The position numbers and the translations under genes are program-made. 64,000 nt of DNA, taken from an uncultured Pseudomonadota bacterium (GTDB lineage Bacteria; Pseudomonadota; Alphaproteobacteria; Rs-D84). This document shows positions 1-9,143 of this stretch, piece by piece. Position 1 is the stretch's first letter. Each line of letters begins with the position of its first letter. The stretch lies in contig CACXXP010000008.1 of the NCBI GenBank assembly GCA_902771695.1, positions 1,886 to 65,885 of the forward strand, written 5' to 3'. Under the pieces are notes generated by a model. That model ran no database searches and was not told the origin of the DNA. It was given only the letters and a program-made list of their open reading frames with translations.

Positions 1-701
1 TATGCACTGGAAATACCAAGGCATATTTGAAGTGTTCTACTTCCGCAGAATCAACGGATACCACATATTATGTGTGCCAAGACTTGGGTTCCAATACTTC
101 ATTGAGTGGCAAGATTGATGGTAAGGTTGATGCCAGTACAATGAATAGTGCCATTAGTGCAGCAACAAGTGCTGCAACATTAGGCGAGTCGTTGAAAGAT
201 ACATTCGTAAAACCAAGTGCATTGAATGGGTATGTGACAACAAGTGGTTCGGGCAATAATAGTATAGGAAAAGTACTTGAATCAAATAATGTTATAACAA
301 CAAGAAATATTGAAAACAATATGCCAAGTAATGTTGTTACAACAACCAATGGTAAACTGGATGATACCTTGTTGACTGGTAATGGTATTATAACAACAGG
401 TAACTTAGCGACTAATAATATTGTGACGACAAGCGGTCTTAATTCTAGGCTTAGTAGTTACGTTCAAACAGGCAGTGTGAAAGATCAATTGGAAAGTGAG
501 ATGAGTGGTCAAAAACTGGTTACCACGACCTCATCAGAAAACACTATAGAAGGTGCTGTTGCTGGAATATTTACTGCTATCGCAAACGCAACAGCGACAA
601 CTAGCGGTGGTAAAACTACTTATTCATATAATGGCCAGGATGTAACAGGGTTGGTAACCGCCTTTAGTGGTGCTAAAAATGCAGCTGACACTAGAAACTA
701 G
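1..701 (+). CDS. C-terminal part of a larger repeat-rich (fibre/adhesin-like) protein; reading frame is open to the window edge
   Basis: No stop in this frame from nt 3 to the TAG at 699-701. Ser/Thr/Asn/Gly-rich with recurring N-[VI]-[VI]-T-T motifs (NVITT, NVVTT, GIITT, NIVTT, KLVTT). The TTG at 27 is only the ORF-finder start. Confidence 0.5.
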   Translation, partial: CTGNTKAYLKCSTSAESTDTTYYVCQDLGSNTSLSGKIDGKVDASTMNSAISAATSAATLGESLKDTFVKPSALNGYVTTSGSGNNSIGKVLESNNVITTRNIENNMPSNVVTTTNGKLDDTLLTGNGIITTGNLATNNIVTTSGLNSRLSSYVQTGSVKDQLESEMSGQKLVTTTSSENTIEGAVAGIFTAIANATATTSGGKTTYSYNGQDVTGLVTAFSGAKNAADTRN

Positions 702-748
702 AACGCCAAGACAATAGTAAAAGTCGAAAGACAATACTAAAAAGTGTG

Positions 749-776
749 ACACCGGGCATTTGCTCGGTGTTTTATT
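749..776 (+). terminator. Rho-independent terminator candidate after the partial repeat protein
   Basis: Hairpin ACACCGGGC-ATTT-GCTCGGTGT followed by TTTTATT. Confidence 0.5.
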
Positions 777-802
777 ATAATAATTTGATTGTGGAATATC
801 AC

Positions 803-835
803 ATAAAAACAATTCCCCGACTTTTGTCGGGGAAT
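803..835 (-). terminator. Rho-independent terminator candidate for the XRE regulator gene
   Basis: 10-bp stem ATTCCCCGAC/GTCGGGGAAT with a TTTT loop. On the minus strand it is followed by TTGTTTTT. Confidence 0.55.
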
Positions 836-857
836 GTTAACCTAACCACTTGTTGCC

Positions 858-1277
858 CTATTCTGCACTGGATGCAAAACTTTTCAGCATTTCCATTATC
901 GCCGCACGCTGTTTATCAGATGACAATTTCCAATACAGACGTATTAATTCCAAACTTTCGGTGCGTGTTAATGGGTCATCATCACTGGGCTGGTGCGCAC
1001 GCATTGAACGGGTTGCCTTGGTTTCGTCTGGCATATTTCCCGGCAGACCAATAAAGAAAAACGATACAGGTGTTTGCATCGCACGACCGATTTCAAATAA
1101 ACGCGATGCAGCCACACGATTGTCTGCATTTTCATATTTCTGAATTTGTTGAAAAGTGACCCCACATTCACGCGCCAAATCCTTTAATGACATGCCCATC
1201 ATGGTGCGTCGCAACTGCATGCGATGCCCGATGTGTTGGTCTATTGCATTTGCTGAAACTGGTTGTTTGACCGCCAT
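858..1277 (-). CDS. XRE-family helix-turn-helix transcriptional regulator (139 aa from the MAVKQ start)
   Basis: HTH_3-like core GHRMQLRRTMMGMSLKDLARECGVTFQQIQKYENADNRVAASRLFEIGRAM. The internal ATG at 1277 is preferred over the ORF start at 1310. Confidence 0.8.
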   Translation of the reverse strand: MAVKQPVSANAIDQHIGHRMQLRRTMMGMSLKDLARECGVTFQQIQKYENADNRVAASRLFEIGRAMQTPVSFFFIGLPGNMPDETKATRSMRAHQPSDDDPLTRTESLELIRLYWKLSSDKQRAAIMEMLKSFASSAE

Positions 1278-1409
1278 GTTTTTCCCCTTTTGTAATTTCC
1301 AAGGACGCATGTCCTATGCATTTTTTATACTATTTTTCTTTTTGTTTTGCAATTAAAAAAGCCATGTGTTATTGTGTGTGCAACATAGATAAAAAAATGG
1401 AGAAAAGAA

Positions 1410-2882
1410 ATGGGAAAACCAGTCGTTTTATGTATTCTGGATGGTGTTGGCTATCGCGAAGTGCGTGCGCATAATGCCGTAGAATTGGCCAAGATGCCGT
1501 TCTTTGATGGGTTGATAAAGAAATATCCGAATTCGTTGCTGCGTGCATCTGGAACCGCCGTCGGTTTGCCGGGAAATTTAATGGGAAATTCCGAGGTTGG
1601 ACATATCTGTATCGGCGCAGGTCGTGTCGTTATGCAATATCTGTTACGGTTTGCACGCGAAGATTGGGCCAAGAATAAACCACTGAACAAATTTATTGCC
1701 GATGTAAAACGTGATGGCGGTATTGTGCATTTCGCAGGTCTGATGTCCGATGGGCGCGTGCATTCAGATGTTAGAGATGAAATGAAGATTGCAAAATATG
1801 TTTTGGATTCAGGCCTGCGTGTTTGTATTCACTTTATTGGCGATGGACGCGATACGCCACCAAAGTCCGCATTAAAGTATGTTCGCACAATTAAACGCAT
1901 GTTGGCACCATATTTTGCCGATGGGCGCGCATTCTTTGGAACATTGTCTGGGCGGTATTGGACGATGGACCGTAACAAGAATATGGATCGTACGGAATTG
2001 GCGTTTAATGCATTGGCGCACGCAAAATCTGACCAGACCGCAGATTCTATTGAAAGTGCAATCAAAGATTCTTATGCGGCCGGTGTCACAGATGAATTTT
2101 TCAAGCCAACCGTTATAGCCCCAACCAAAATTACAAAACACGATGGATTCATTTTCGGCAATTATCGCAGTGACCGCGCACGTCAAATTGTACGTGCTAT
2201 GTTGGATACAGGGGCGCATATGTTATGCTTTTCACAATATGGCGAAGGATTAAATGAAAAATGCCCTGCACTGCTGTCTGATATTCCGGTAAATAATACT
2301 TTGGGTGACGTTATCGCGGCGGCCGGACTTTCCCAGTTACGTATTGCCGAAACTGAAAAGTATAATCATGTGACATATTTCATGGATGCCGAACGCACTG
2401 TGGATTTCAAGGGCGAAGAAAAAGTGCTGATAGATTCCCCAGCCGTTGCGACATTTGACATGAAACCAGAAATGTCCGCAAACGAAATCACGGCGGCATT
2501 ATTACCACGGTTGTCAAAGTTTGATGTGGTTTTGATGAACTTTGCCAATGGCGATATGGTTGGTCATACCGGAAACGAAAAGGCAACAATCGCTGCAATG
2601 GAATGTTTGGATAAACAATTGTCCCAGATTGTTCCAGCGGTATTGAAACTGGGTGGCCAAATGTTGATTATTGCCGACCACGGTAACGCCGAAACCATGT
2701 GGGATGATAAAAATAACACACCTTGGACCGCACATACGAATAATAAAGTGCGCGCAATTATGGTATCCGAACCCGCGGTCAAGAAAATTAAAAATGGCGG
2801 TCTGGCCGATGTTGCACCGACAATCTTGAAAATGCTGGGCGTAAAACAGCCAAGTGATATGACCGGTAAAGCGTTGATATAG
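1410..2882 (+). CDS. gpmI: 2,3-bisphosphoglycerate-independent phosphoglycerate mutase
   Basis: LDGVGYRE..., GLPGNLMGNSEVGHICIGAGRVV and ADHGNAE motifs typical of iPGM; 490 aa; GGAG-like SD upstream. Confidence 0.9.
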   Translation: MGKPVVLCILDGVGYREVRAHNAVELAKMPFFDGLIKKYPNSLLRASGTAVGLPGNLMGNSEVGHICIGAGRVVMQYLLRFAREDWAKNKPLNKFIADVKRDGGIVHFAGLMSDGRVHSDVRDEMKIAKYVLDSGLRVCIHFIGDGRDTPPKSALKYVRTIKRMLAPYFADGRAFFGTLSGRYWTMDRNKNMDRTELAFNALAHAKSDQTADSIESAIKDSYAAGVTDEFFKPTVIAPTKITKHDGFIFGNYRSDRARQIVRAMLDTGAHMLCFSQYGEGLNEKCPALLSDIPVNNTLGDVIAAAGLSQLRIAETEKYNHVTYFMDAERTVDFKGEEKVLIDSPAVATFDMKPEMSANEITAALLPRLSKFDVVLMNFANGDMVGHTGNEKATIAAMECLDKQLSQIVPAVLKLGGQMLIIADHGNAETMWDDKNNTPWTAHTNNKVRAIMVSEPAVKKIKNGGLADVAPTILKMLGVKQPSDMTGKALI

Positions 2883-2883
2883 A

Positions 2884-2909
2884 AAATCCCGCAAATGCGG
2901 GATTTATTT
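2884..2909. terminator. Bidirectional hairpin terminator between convergent gpmI and the 235-aa ORF
   Basis: AAATCCCGC-AAAT-GCGGGATTT with A/T runs on both sides. Confidence 0.6.
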
Positions 2910-3611
2910 CTGCCTTACATATTTACTGATTACATCATTGATGGTTTTGTTATCCAGTATCTCAAACCAATTGTCTTGTTCATTGTCCAATACCAATACT
3001 TCATCTTGTTCGTGAACAGAAAAGAAACTGCTAGTTGATGGAACAATTATAGAATAATGACCAGAATGCGAATTAACCAATAAATGTTTGTATGATGTCG
3101 CGCCATCAAATGCCCCCGCACTGTCTGCATCTAAAACAACCATTTCTTGCGTATATTTTGCTTTTTCGTCATAAATATATTGCGTTTTTTGGGTTAGGTT
3201 TTTGACAATATGTAATTCAACTGAATTGTCGGGATTTTTCCACAGGGCGGTTGTTATAATATCCCCACGGGTTAATTTTAGATTTGATAGCGGATTGTGT
3301 ACGACGCCTTCGAAGATACCATATTCCACACCAAACAAAGTAACTTTTATAGATTCATTTTTATAGAAATCACGACATGTAGCCAATTCAACCCGGGCCA
3401 TTTTGGTACGTTTGTCATTATATAGATTTTCTATGGGTTCTATATGGGTGGAATCCTTTTTAATCAATGCACCAACCTGCAAGTCTAATTTTGTCCTGAT
3501 AATGCTTGTTTTAAGACAATTTGGTTCACCAACAAAAATTAGGGTATATGTGTACGGGCGTTCGGCCTGTTCCACTTTCTTGTCAACAACAATCCATTTA
3601 TTTGTTAACAT
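2904..3611 (-). CDS. Hypothetical protein, paralog A of a tandem pair (235 aa)
   Basis: Long ORF. Collinear similarity to the next gene (MLTNKWIVV/MFKNRWIIT, IEPIENLY/LEPLENRY, LTRGDII/IKRGDNI, KHLLVNSH/KHIFINSH, EQDEVLV/EQDQILI). Confidence 0.6.
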   Translation of the reverse strand: MLTNKWIVVDKKVEQAERPYTYTLIFVGEPNCLKTSIIRTKLDLQVGALIKKDSTHIEPIENLYNDKRTKMARVELATCRDFYKNESIKVTLFGVEYGIFEGVVHNPLSNLKLTRGDIITTALWKNPDNSVELHIVKNLTQKTQYIYDEKAKYTQEMVVLDADSAGAFDGATSYKHLLVNSHSGHYSIIVPSTSSFFSVHEQDEVLVLDNEQDNWFEILDNKTINDVISKYVRQK

Positions 3612-3622
3612 ATCATTTGCCT

Positions 3623-4513
3623 TTATCTGCGATGTACGTGGGTATTTGTTGCCAATAATTGTGTCCGCATATTATCCAAGGTTTTGTTCGCACGTATTCT
3701 GTATAAAATCTCACCAATATTTTTATCCAAATATTGCTCTATCAGTATTTGGTCCTGTTCTTCTGATAAAAATTCGGATTGGTATTCGTCAACCAGACAA
3801 CTGATAACCCCAAATTTATGGCTATTTATGAATATATGTTTTTGTACATCATAATCCATTGTTATTGGCGTAATACCTGTGACAACCACCATGTCGCAAT
3901 CCCCAAAATTACTTTTTGATTTTGTTTTCTTGGTTTTTGGAAAAGATTTTGCTTTTCGTTTCGTTGTCAGATTATATAACACACGGAAATAAGGCCCAAC
4001 CAATTCTTCTGGTTCATGATGTCTTTGCATTTCTTGACTGGTTCCCAATATATCTTGCAAAATTGGGTCGCTGTATTCGTCATCATCATCGTCATCGGAT
4101 TCTTGGGGCCAAACAAAATCCGCCATATCATACCGACGTTGAACCAAAATATTATCACCACGTTTTATGTTGAACGGCATACCTTGTTTGTCAATAATAA
4201 CGGGAAATTCACCGAAACGTTGCCCGAATACGCTGATTTTTGTTGCATATGGATTTACTACTTTGGTTGTTGTTGTGTATTCTACGGTGGCAATATCTGT
4301 ATTAAGATATTTATAACGATTTTCCAAAGGTTCCAAATCATCATCAGTATAAGTACCAATCGGCAGGTTGCGTTTAGACAATATACATTTGGTCCATATA
4401 TCGTATTCTTCTTTGGCATCATATTCATCCACAGAAACGATAGTGTAATTGAAAAACCGCGGACGGTTTGCCACAGGAAACTTCTTGGTAATAATCCATC
4501 TGTTCTTGAACAT
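3623..4513 (-). CDS. Hypothetical protein, paralog B with an acidic (DDDDDDE) and a basic (KRKAKSFPKTKKTKSKS) insert (296 aa from MFKNRW)
   Basis: Paralogy to 2904..3611. The start at 4513 aligns with the paralog N-terminus and removes the overlap with the upstream gene; AAGGGA lies upstream. Confidence 0.6.
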   Translation of the reverse strand: MFKNRWIITKKFPVANRPRFFNYTIVSVDEYDAKEEYDIWTKCILSKRNLPIGTYTDDDLEPLENRYKYLNTDIATVEYTTTTKVVNPYATKISVFGQRFGEFPVIIDKQGMPFNIKRGDNILVQRRYDMADFVWPQESDDDDDDEYSDPILQDILGTSQEMQRHHEPEELVGPYFRVLYNLTTKRKAKSFPKTKKTKSKSNFGDCDMVVVTGITPITMDYDVQKHIFINSHKFGVISCLVDEYQSEFLSEEQDQILIEQYLDKNIGEILYRIRANKTLDNMRTQLLATNTHVHRR

Positions 4514-4529
4514 TTTTTTACACATCCCT

Positions 4530-5177
4530 TTAACGTTGTATTTGTGCCACAATCCTTCCTTGGTATAATTTGACAATATCGCCGGGGGCCAATCCATACA
4601 CCTGACCTTTTGGGGCCACATATACATGACCTTTTGAATCCGCGATGAAAAATTCTGTTCTGGGTATCAAAGATGCACGGTTTATATCGTATTTAGTGTT
4701 TTTTATATGAGTGGACCCAAAACCAGGCATATATACTTGCTGGTAATGAGAAATGTGCAAAATCAACCCAAGCTCGTCCTGGGCTGATGCAAATTCTTGC
4801 CGAAATTTTTGTATTTGGGCGTTTTGGGTAAGATTCTGTTGAATCCGATCGTAATGGCATTCAGAATTTGATGTTTGGGGCTGATATTTAACAGAATATG
4901 TTTCAACTTGGATAACATCACCATTATTTACATGCGGGTTCGTCAAAAAATAAAATTTGCGACGTTTTTTATTTTTTGTTTCGGCCAACACTTCATATTT
5001 TGCGGGATATACCACAATAGCCGACCGCGCAAATGGATCGCCGGTTGGCTCATTCGGATCGTTAAAAATGGTTTGGACACCTTCCACATATGCTTCCCAT
5101 CCACGCATATGATCTGGGAATTGACTGAAATTCCACGGTGTTACCAAAAGTACTTTTGCTTGAATTATATCTGTCAT
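4530..5177 (-). CDS. Hypothetical protein (215 aa), first gene downstream of tadA
   Basis: Uninterrupted ORF on the same strand, tightly spaced with its neighbours; no recognisable motif. Confidence 0.55.
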   Translation of the reverse strand: MTDIIQAKVLLVTPWNFSQFPDHMRGWEAYVEGVQTIFNDPNEPTGDPFARSAIVVYPAKYEVLAETKNKKRRKFYFLTNPHVNNGDVIQVETYSVKYQPQTSNSECHYDRIQQNLTQNAQIQKFRQEFASAQDELGLILHISHYQQVYMPGFGSTHIKNTKYDINRASLIPRTEFFIADSKGHVYVAPKGQVYGLAPGDIVKLYQGRIVAQIQR

Positions 5178-5198
5178 TGATGGTGTCCTTTTGATTTT

Positions 5199-5648
5199 TT
5201 ATTCCTTTTTACGCCGTTTGGCAAAGAATTCCCGCAATAATTCGGCGGATTTATCCGCGTATTCGGGCATTTGAATAATATTCGGATGCCACAGATGCCG
5301 ATCATTATCAAATATGCGCGCATTGGATGTTATTCCGCCGCCCTTTTCGTCCGTTGCAGCAAAATAGATATTACGAATACGCGCAAACGATATTGCCGTG
5401 GCACACATTGCGCATGGTTCCAACGATACATATATATCGCAATCGTCCAAGAATTTTACACCCAACTTTTTGCAGGCACGATTTATTGCAACTATTTCTG
5501 CATGTAACGTGGGGTTTTGCCGCCGTTGAACCATGTTTTCGCCCCGCGCGATAATTTTCCCATCACGAACAATTACCGCCCCAATTGGAACGTCACCATT
5601 TTCGCCGGCATGAATCGCCAAATTAAAAACTTGCGTCATGATATTCAT
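5199..5648 (-). CDS. tadA: tRNA-specific adenosine(34) deaminase
   Basis: CDA-fold zinc motifs HAEIVAI and LEPCAMCATAI. The start was moved to an internal Met (MNIMTQ) to avoid overlapping rsmD. Confidence 0.85.
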   Translation of the reverse strand: MNIMTQVFNLAIHAGENGDVPIGAVIVRDGKIIARGENMVQRRQNPTLHAEIVAINRACKKLGVKFLDDCDIYVSLEPCAMCATAISFARIRNIYFAATDEKGGGITSNARIFDNDRHLWHPNIIQMPEYADKSAELLREFFAKRRKKE

Positions 5649-5666
5649 GGTTGTAAAATTTACTAT

Positions 5667-6230
5667 ATGAATTCTAATTTGCAAGTTATTTCTGGGGAAT
5701 TTCGTGGGCGACGGCTGACATTGCCCCCGTTTGCACGCCCAACCCAGAACATGGCACGCGGTGCAATATTTAACATGTTGGGGACAATTATACCGGTGGG
5801 CGATAAAATTACCGCATGGGACGCCTTTGCGGGATCTGGGGCATTGGGCATAGAAACCCTGTCACGTTGGGCAAATTCAACGGCAATTTTTACCGATATT
5901 TCAGATGAATCCATCAAAACTATAAGAAAAAATACCGCTGATATTGCGGCAAATCGTATTCGTATTATCAAAGCGGATGCCACAAATATCGTCAAAAATT
6001 ACGCCAGCGACGTAAATTTGATATTTATTGACCCGCCATATGAAAATGCCACCGTTGGTCCAGATTTTTTAACGAAATTGGCAAACCATGTACGTTCCGG
6101 CACGATTGTTGTTCAAGAAATTGAAAAGATTGTCCCATTTTTACCCGATACGAATAAATGGGAAATTTTACGCGACAAAACATATGGTCGTGCACGATTT
6201 CTGATTTTGCGTAGCAACGTTAACAAATAA
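5667..6230 (+). CDS. rsmD: 16S rRNA (guanine966-N2)-methyltransferase
   Basis: ISGEFRGRRL, DAFAGSGALGIE and IFIDPPY motifs. The ATG at 5667 (MNSNLQVISG) matches the family N-terminus. Confidence 0.85.
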   Translation: MNSNLQVISGEFRGRRLTLPPFARPTQNMARGAIFNMLGTIIPVGDKITAWDAFAGSGALGIETLSRWANSTAIFTDISDESIKTIRKNTADIAANRIRIIKADATNIVKNYASDVNLIFIDPPYENATVGPDFLTKLANHVRSGTIVVQEIEKIVPFLPDTNKWEILRDKTYGRARFLILRSNVNK

Positions 6231-6323
6231 CTTGATTTTTTATAAAATTTGGTAAATAATATCGTCCGCGCAACACCCTTGGAGGTTGCGTGTAAACATA
6301 AATTGCAAATAAAAGGACAAAAA

Positions 6324-6950
6324 ATGGCAATTGAATTGAAAGCAGAAATTCGCAATGTTGCTGGCAAGGGGGCCGCACGTGCAATTCGTAAAAATAAAAA
6401 CATCCCCGCCGTTATCTATGGTGAAAAGAAAGACCCAATCGCAATCGAGATTTCTGGTCGTGACTTTGCGCCAATTGTGGTAATTCCGGCGTTACGCACA
6501 AAATTATTCCATATTACAACCAAAAATGGCAAAGAAGACGCCATGTTGATGGACATTCAATATCATCCGGTGTCTGATAAAATTGTTCATGTAGATTTCA
6601 AACGCATTGATGTTGCAAAACCTGTATGCGTGTCTGTTCCGGTTGAAGTTATCAATGCCGATACATCCAAGGGATTAAAATTGGGTGGTGTATTGAACTT
6701 TGCGGTTCGTAAGGTCGCATTGGTCGCATTGGTTGATAAATTACCAGAAAAAATCATTTTGGATTTGCAAGATTTGAATATCGGTGACACTGTTCACGGT
6801 TCTGACCTTGTGTTGCCCGAAGGCGTTTCCTTGGGATTGCACCAGGCAGAATTGGCATTCGCCACAATCGGTGGTAAAATGCCAGAAGAAGCAGACACCA
6901 AGAAAGCAGCCGCAGCGGCCGCCCCAGCGGCAGCACCTGCAAAGAAATAA
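6324..6950 (+). CDS. rplY: 50S ribosomal protein L25 (Ctc form)
   Basis: MAIELKAEIRNVAGKGAARAIRKNKNIPAVIYG N-terminus; Ala/Pro/Lys-rich tail; AAAAGGA SD before the ATG at 6324. Confidence 0.9.
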   Translation: MAIELKAEIRNVAGKGAARAIRKNKNIPAVIYGEKKDPIAIEISGRDFAPIVVIPALRTKLFHITTKNGKEDAMLMDIQYHPVSDKIVHVDFKRIDVAKPVCVSVPVEVINADTSKGLKLGGVLNFAVRKVALVALVDKLPEKIILDLQDLNIGDTVHGSDLVLPEGVSLGLHQAELAFATIGGKMPEEADTKKAAAAAAPAAAPAKK

Positions 6951-6972
6951 TTGGTGTTTATATCAAAAATTT

Positions 6973-6998
6973 AACCGCTCGTTTGGGCGGTTTTTTTA
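6973..6998 (+). terminator. Rho-independent terminator after rplY
   Basis: AACCGCTC-GTTT-GGGCGGTT followed by a T7 run. Confidence 0.65.
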
Positions 6999-7021
6999 TA
7001 ACTAAATTTTATTCCTATGGT

Positions 7022-7051
7022 CTTGAAATGGGGTTTTGAATAACTATATTT
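7022..7051 (+). promoter_or_regulatory. Possible sigma-32 (RpoH)-type heat-shock promoter of dnaK
   Basis: CTTGAAA (7022-7028), 15 nt, then CTATATTT (7044-7051), about 35 nt upstream of the dnaK ATG. This resembles the CTTGAAA-N13-15-CCCCATNT class. Confidence 0.35.
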
Positions 7052-7086
7052 GTGTCATACAAGAAGAATTCAAATAGGAGTGAATT

Positions 7087-8985
7087 ATGGGAAAAGTATT
7101 AGGTATTGACCTTGGAACAACGAATTCCGCCATGTCTTTTATGGATGGAAGTGATCCAAAAATTATTGAAAACGCCGAAGGTGGTCGTACAACGCCATCT
7201 GTTGTGGCAATCACATCAAATGGCGACCAATTGGTCGGTGTGACCGCCAAAAACCAGGCCGTCACAAACCCTGAAAATACTATTTATGAAATTAAACGTC
7301 TGATGGGTCTGCGTTTTGACAGCCCGGCCGTCAAAGAAATCATGGGCCGCGTTCCGTACAAAATTGTTGCCGGTGATAACGGTGACGCATGGGTGGAAAT
7401 AGACGGCAAAAAGTACGCACCGTCACAGATTTCTGCAATGATTTTGGCAAAATTAAAGAAAGATGCCGAAAGCTATTTAGGTGAAACAGTGACCGATGCG
7501 GTTATTACTGTGCCGGCATACTTCAATGATTCTCAACGTCAGGCAACAAAAGACGCCGGTCGTATTGCGGGTCTGAATGTGTTACGTATTGTTAACGAAC
7601 CAACCGCCGCCGCATTGGCATATGGTTTGGATAAAAACAAAGATGGCACAATTATCGTTTACGACCTTGGGGGTGGAACGTTTGATGTGTCTGTATTGGA
7701 AATTGTTGATGGTGTGTTTGAAGTTAAATCAACCAATGGTGATACAGCATTAGGTGGTTCGGACTTTGATGCCCGCGTGTTAAAATATTTAATTGATGAA
7801 TTCAAATCACAAACTGGCATTGATTTGTCTGGCGATAAATTGGCGTTACAACGTCTGAAGGAAGCCGCTGAAAAAGCCAAAATTGAATTGTCTTCTAAAA
7901 CAACGGCGGATATCAACCTGCCCTTCCTTACCGCCGATGCATCGGGTCCAAAACATTTCAACACCAGTATCACGCGTGCAAAATTGGAATCTTTGGTTGC
8001 AGATTTGATTGAACGCACAATTGAACCTTGTCGCAAGGCATTGAAAGATGCGGGTATCGAAAAATCACAAATTAACGAAGTTATATTGGTTGGTGGTCAA
8101 ACCCGTATGCCAAAGGTTGTTGAAACAGTTAAAGAATTCTTTGGTCGCGAACCACACAAGGGCGTTAACCCAGACGAAGTTGTCGCAATGGGTGCCGCAA
8201 TTCAGGGTGGTGTGTTAAAGGGCGATGTCAAAGATGTTCTGTTATTGGATGTTACGCCTCTGTCATTGGGTATCGAAACATTGGGTGGTGTGTTCACACG
8301 TCTGATTGACCGCAACACAACAATTCCAACCAAGAAATCCCAGGTCTTTTCAACCGCCGAAGACAACCAATCGGCCGTGACAATTCGTGTATTCCAAGGC
8401 GAACGCGATATGGCCGCGGACAACAAATTGTTGGGTCAATTTAATTTGGAAGGTATCGCCCCGGCACCACGTGGCATGCCACAAATTGAAGTGTCTTTTG
8501 ACATTGACGCCAACGGTATCGTTCACGTATCGGCCAAGGATAAAGGCACCGGTAAAGAACAGGCGATTTCTATTAAGTCTGACGGTGGTTTGTCCGAAGA
8601 CGAAATTAAACGCATGGTTGATGAAGCCGCCGCAAACGCCGAAGCCGACAAGAAAAAACGTGAATTGGCCGAAGCGAAAAACACGGCTGAATCCGCAGTG
8701 AATTCTATTGAAAAATCACTGAAAGAACATGGCGATAAAGTAAGTGCCGCAGACCGCGATGCCATAGAAGCCGCCAAGAAAGAATTGGCCGATGAATTGG
8801 CAAAGCCAGATGCCACAGCAGAAAGTCTGAAGGCAAAAACAGATGCGTTAACCGAAAAAGCCATGAAGTTGGGCGAAGCGGTTTATAAAGCACAGCAAGA
8901 AGCACAAAATGCCGCAGGTGCAAACACAGAATCATCTGAAAATAAATCAGATGGCACACGTGATGCTGACTTTTCAGAAAAATAA
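7087..8985 (+). CDS. dnaK: Molecular chaperone DnaK (Hsp70)
   Basis: [17 protein letters not shown] and [11 protein letters not shown] signatures; 632 aa; AGGAG SD. Confidence 0.97.
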   Translation: MGKVLGIDLGTTNSAMSFMDGSDPKIIENAEGGRTTPSVVAITSNGDQLVGVTAKNQAVTNPENTIYEIKRLMGLRFDSPAVKEIMGRVPYKIVAGDNGDAWVEIDGKKYAPSQISAMILAKLKKDAESYLGETVTDAVITVPAYFNDSQRQATKDAGRIAGLNVLRIVNEPTAAALAYGLDKNKDGTIIVYDLGGGTFDVSVLEIVDGVFEVKSTNGDTALGGSDFDARVLKYLIDEFKSQTGIDLSGDKLALQRLKEAAEKAKIELSSKTTADINLPFLTADASGPKHFNTSITRAKLESLVADLIERTIEPCRKALKDAGIEKSQINEVILVGGQTRMPKVVETVKEFFGREPHKGVNPDEVVAMGAAIQGGVLKGDVKDVLLLDVTPLSLGIETLGGVFTRLIDRNTTIPTKKSQVFSTAEDNQSAVTIRVFQGERDMAADNKLLGQFNLEGIAPAPRGMPQIEVSFDIDANGIVHVSAKDKGTGKEQAISIKSDGGLSEDEIKRMVDEAAANAEADKKKRELAEAKNTAESAVNSIEKSLKEHGDKVSAADRDAIEAAKKELADELAKPDATAESLKAKTDALTEKAMKLGEAVYKAQQEAQNAAGANTESSENKSDGTRDADFSEK

Positions 8986-9007
8986 TCCGTTAATATTAAT
9001 GGGTATT

Positions 9008-9037
9008 AAAATCGCCGGAATTCCGGCGATTTTTTTA
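9008..9037 (+). terminator. Rho-independent terminator after dnaK
   Basis: ATCGCCGG-AATT-CCGGCGAT followed by T7. Confidence 0.75.
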
Positions 9038-9143
9038 TCTGGTAGTGCATTGAAAAAAAATATATAAAATTCTTGACCGAACAACCGCATTTATTCTAAA
9101 ATTCATTATGGAATAAACCTTGTTATAGGGGAAAGGGGGAAAT

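Noticed and set aside
746-1143. Two plus-strand ORFs (102 and 97 aa) overlapping the XRE regulator gene
   Set aside because: They are antisense to a gene with a clear HTH motif, have no SD, and contain the terminator hairpins.
5517-5666. Long N-terminal extension of rsmD overlapping tadA
   Set aside because: The extension is antisense to the tadA coding sequence, and the family N-terminus aligns with the ATG at 5667. With the trimmed starts, however, the divergent genes are only 18 bp apart, so one start or a promoter must lie within coding sequence. This is left unresolved.
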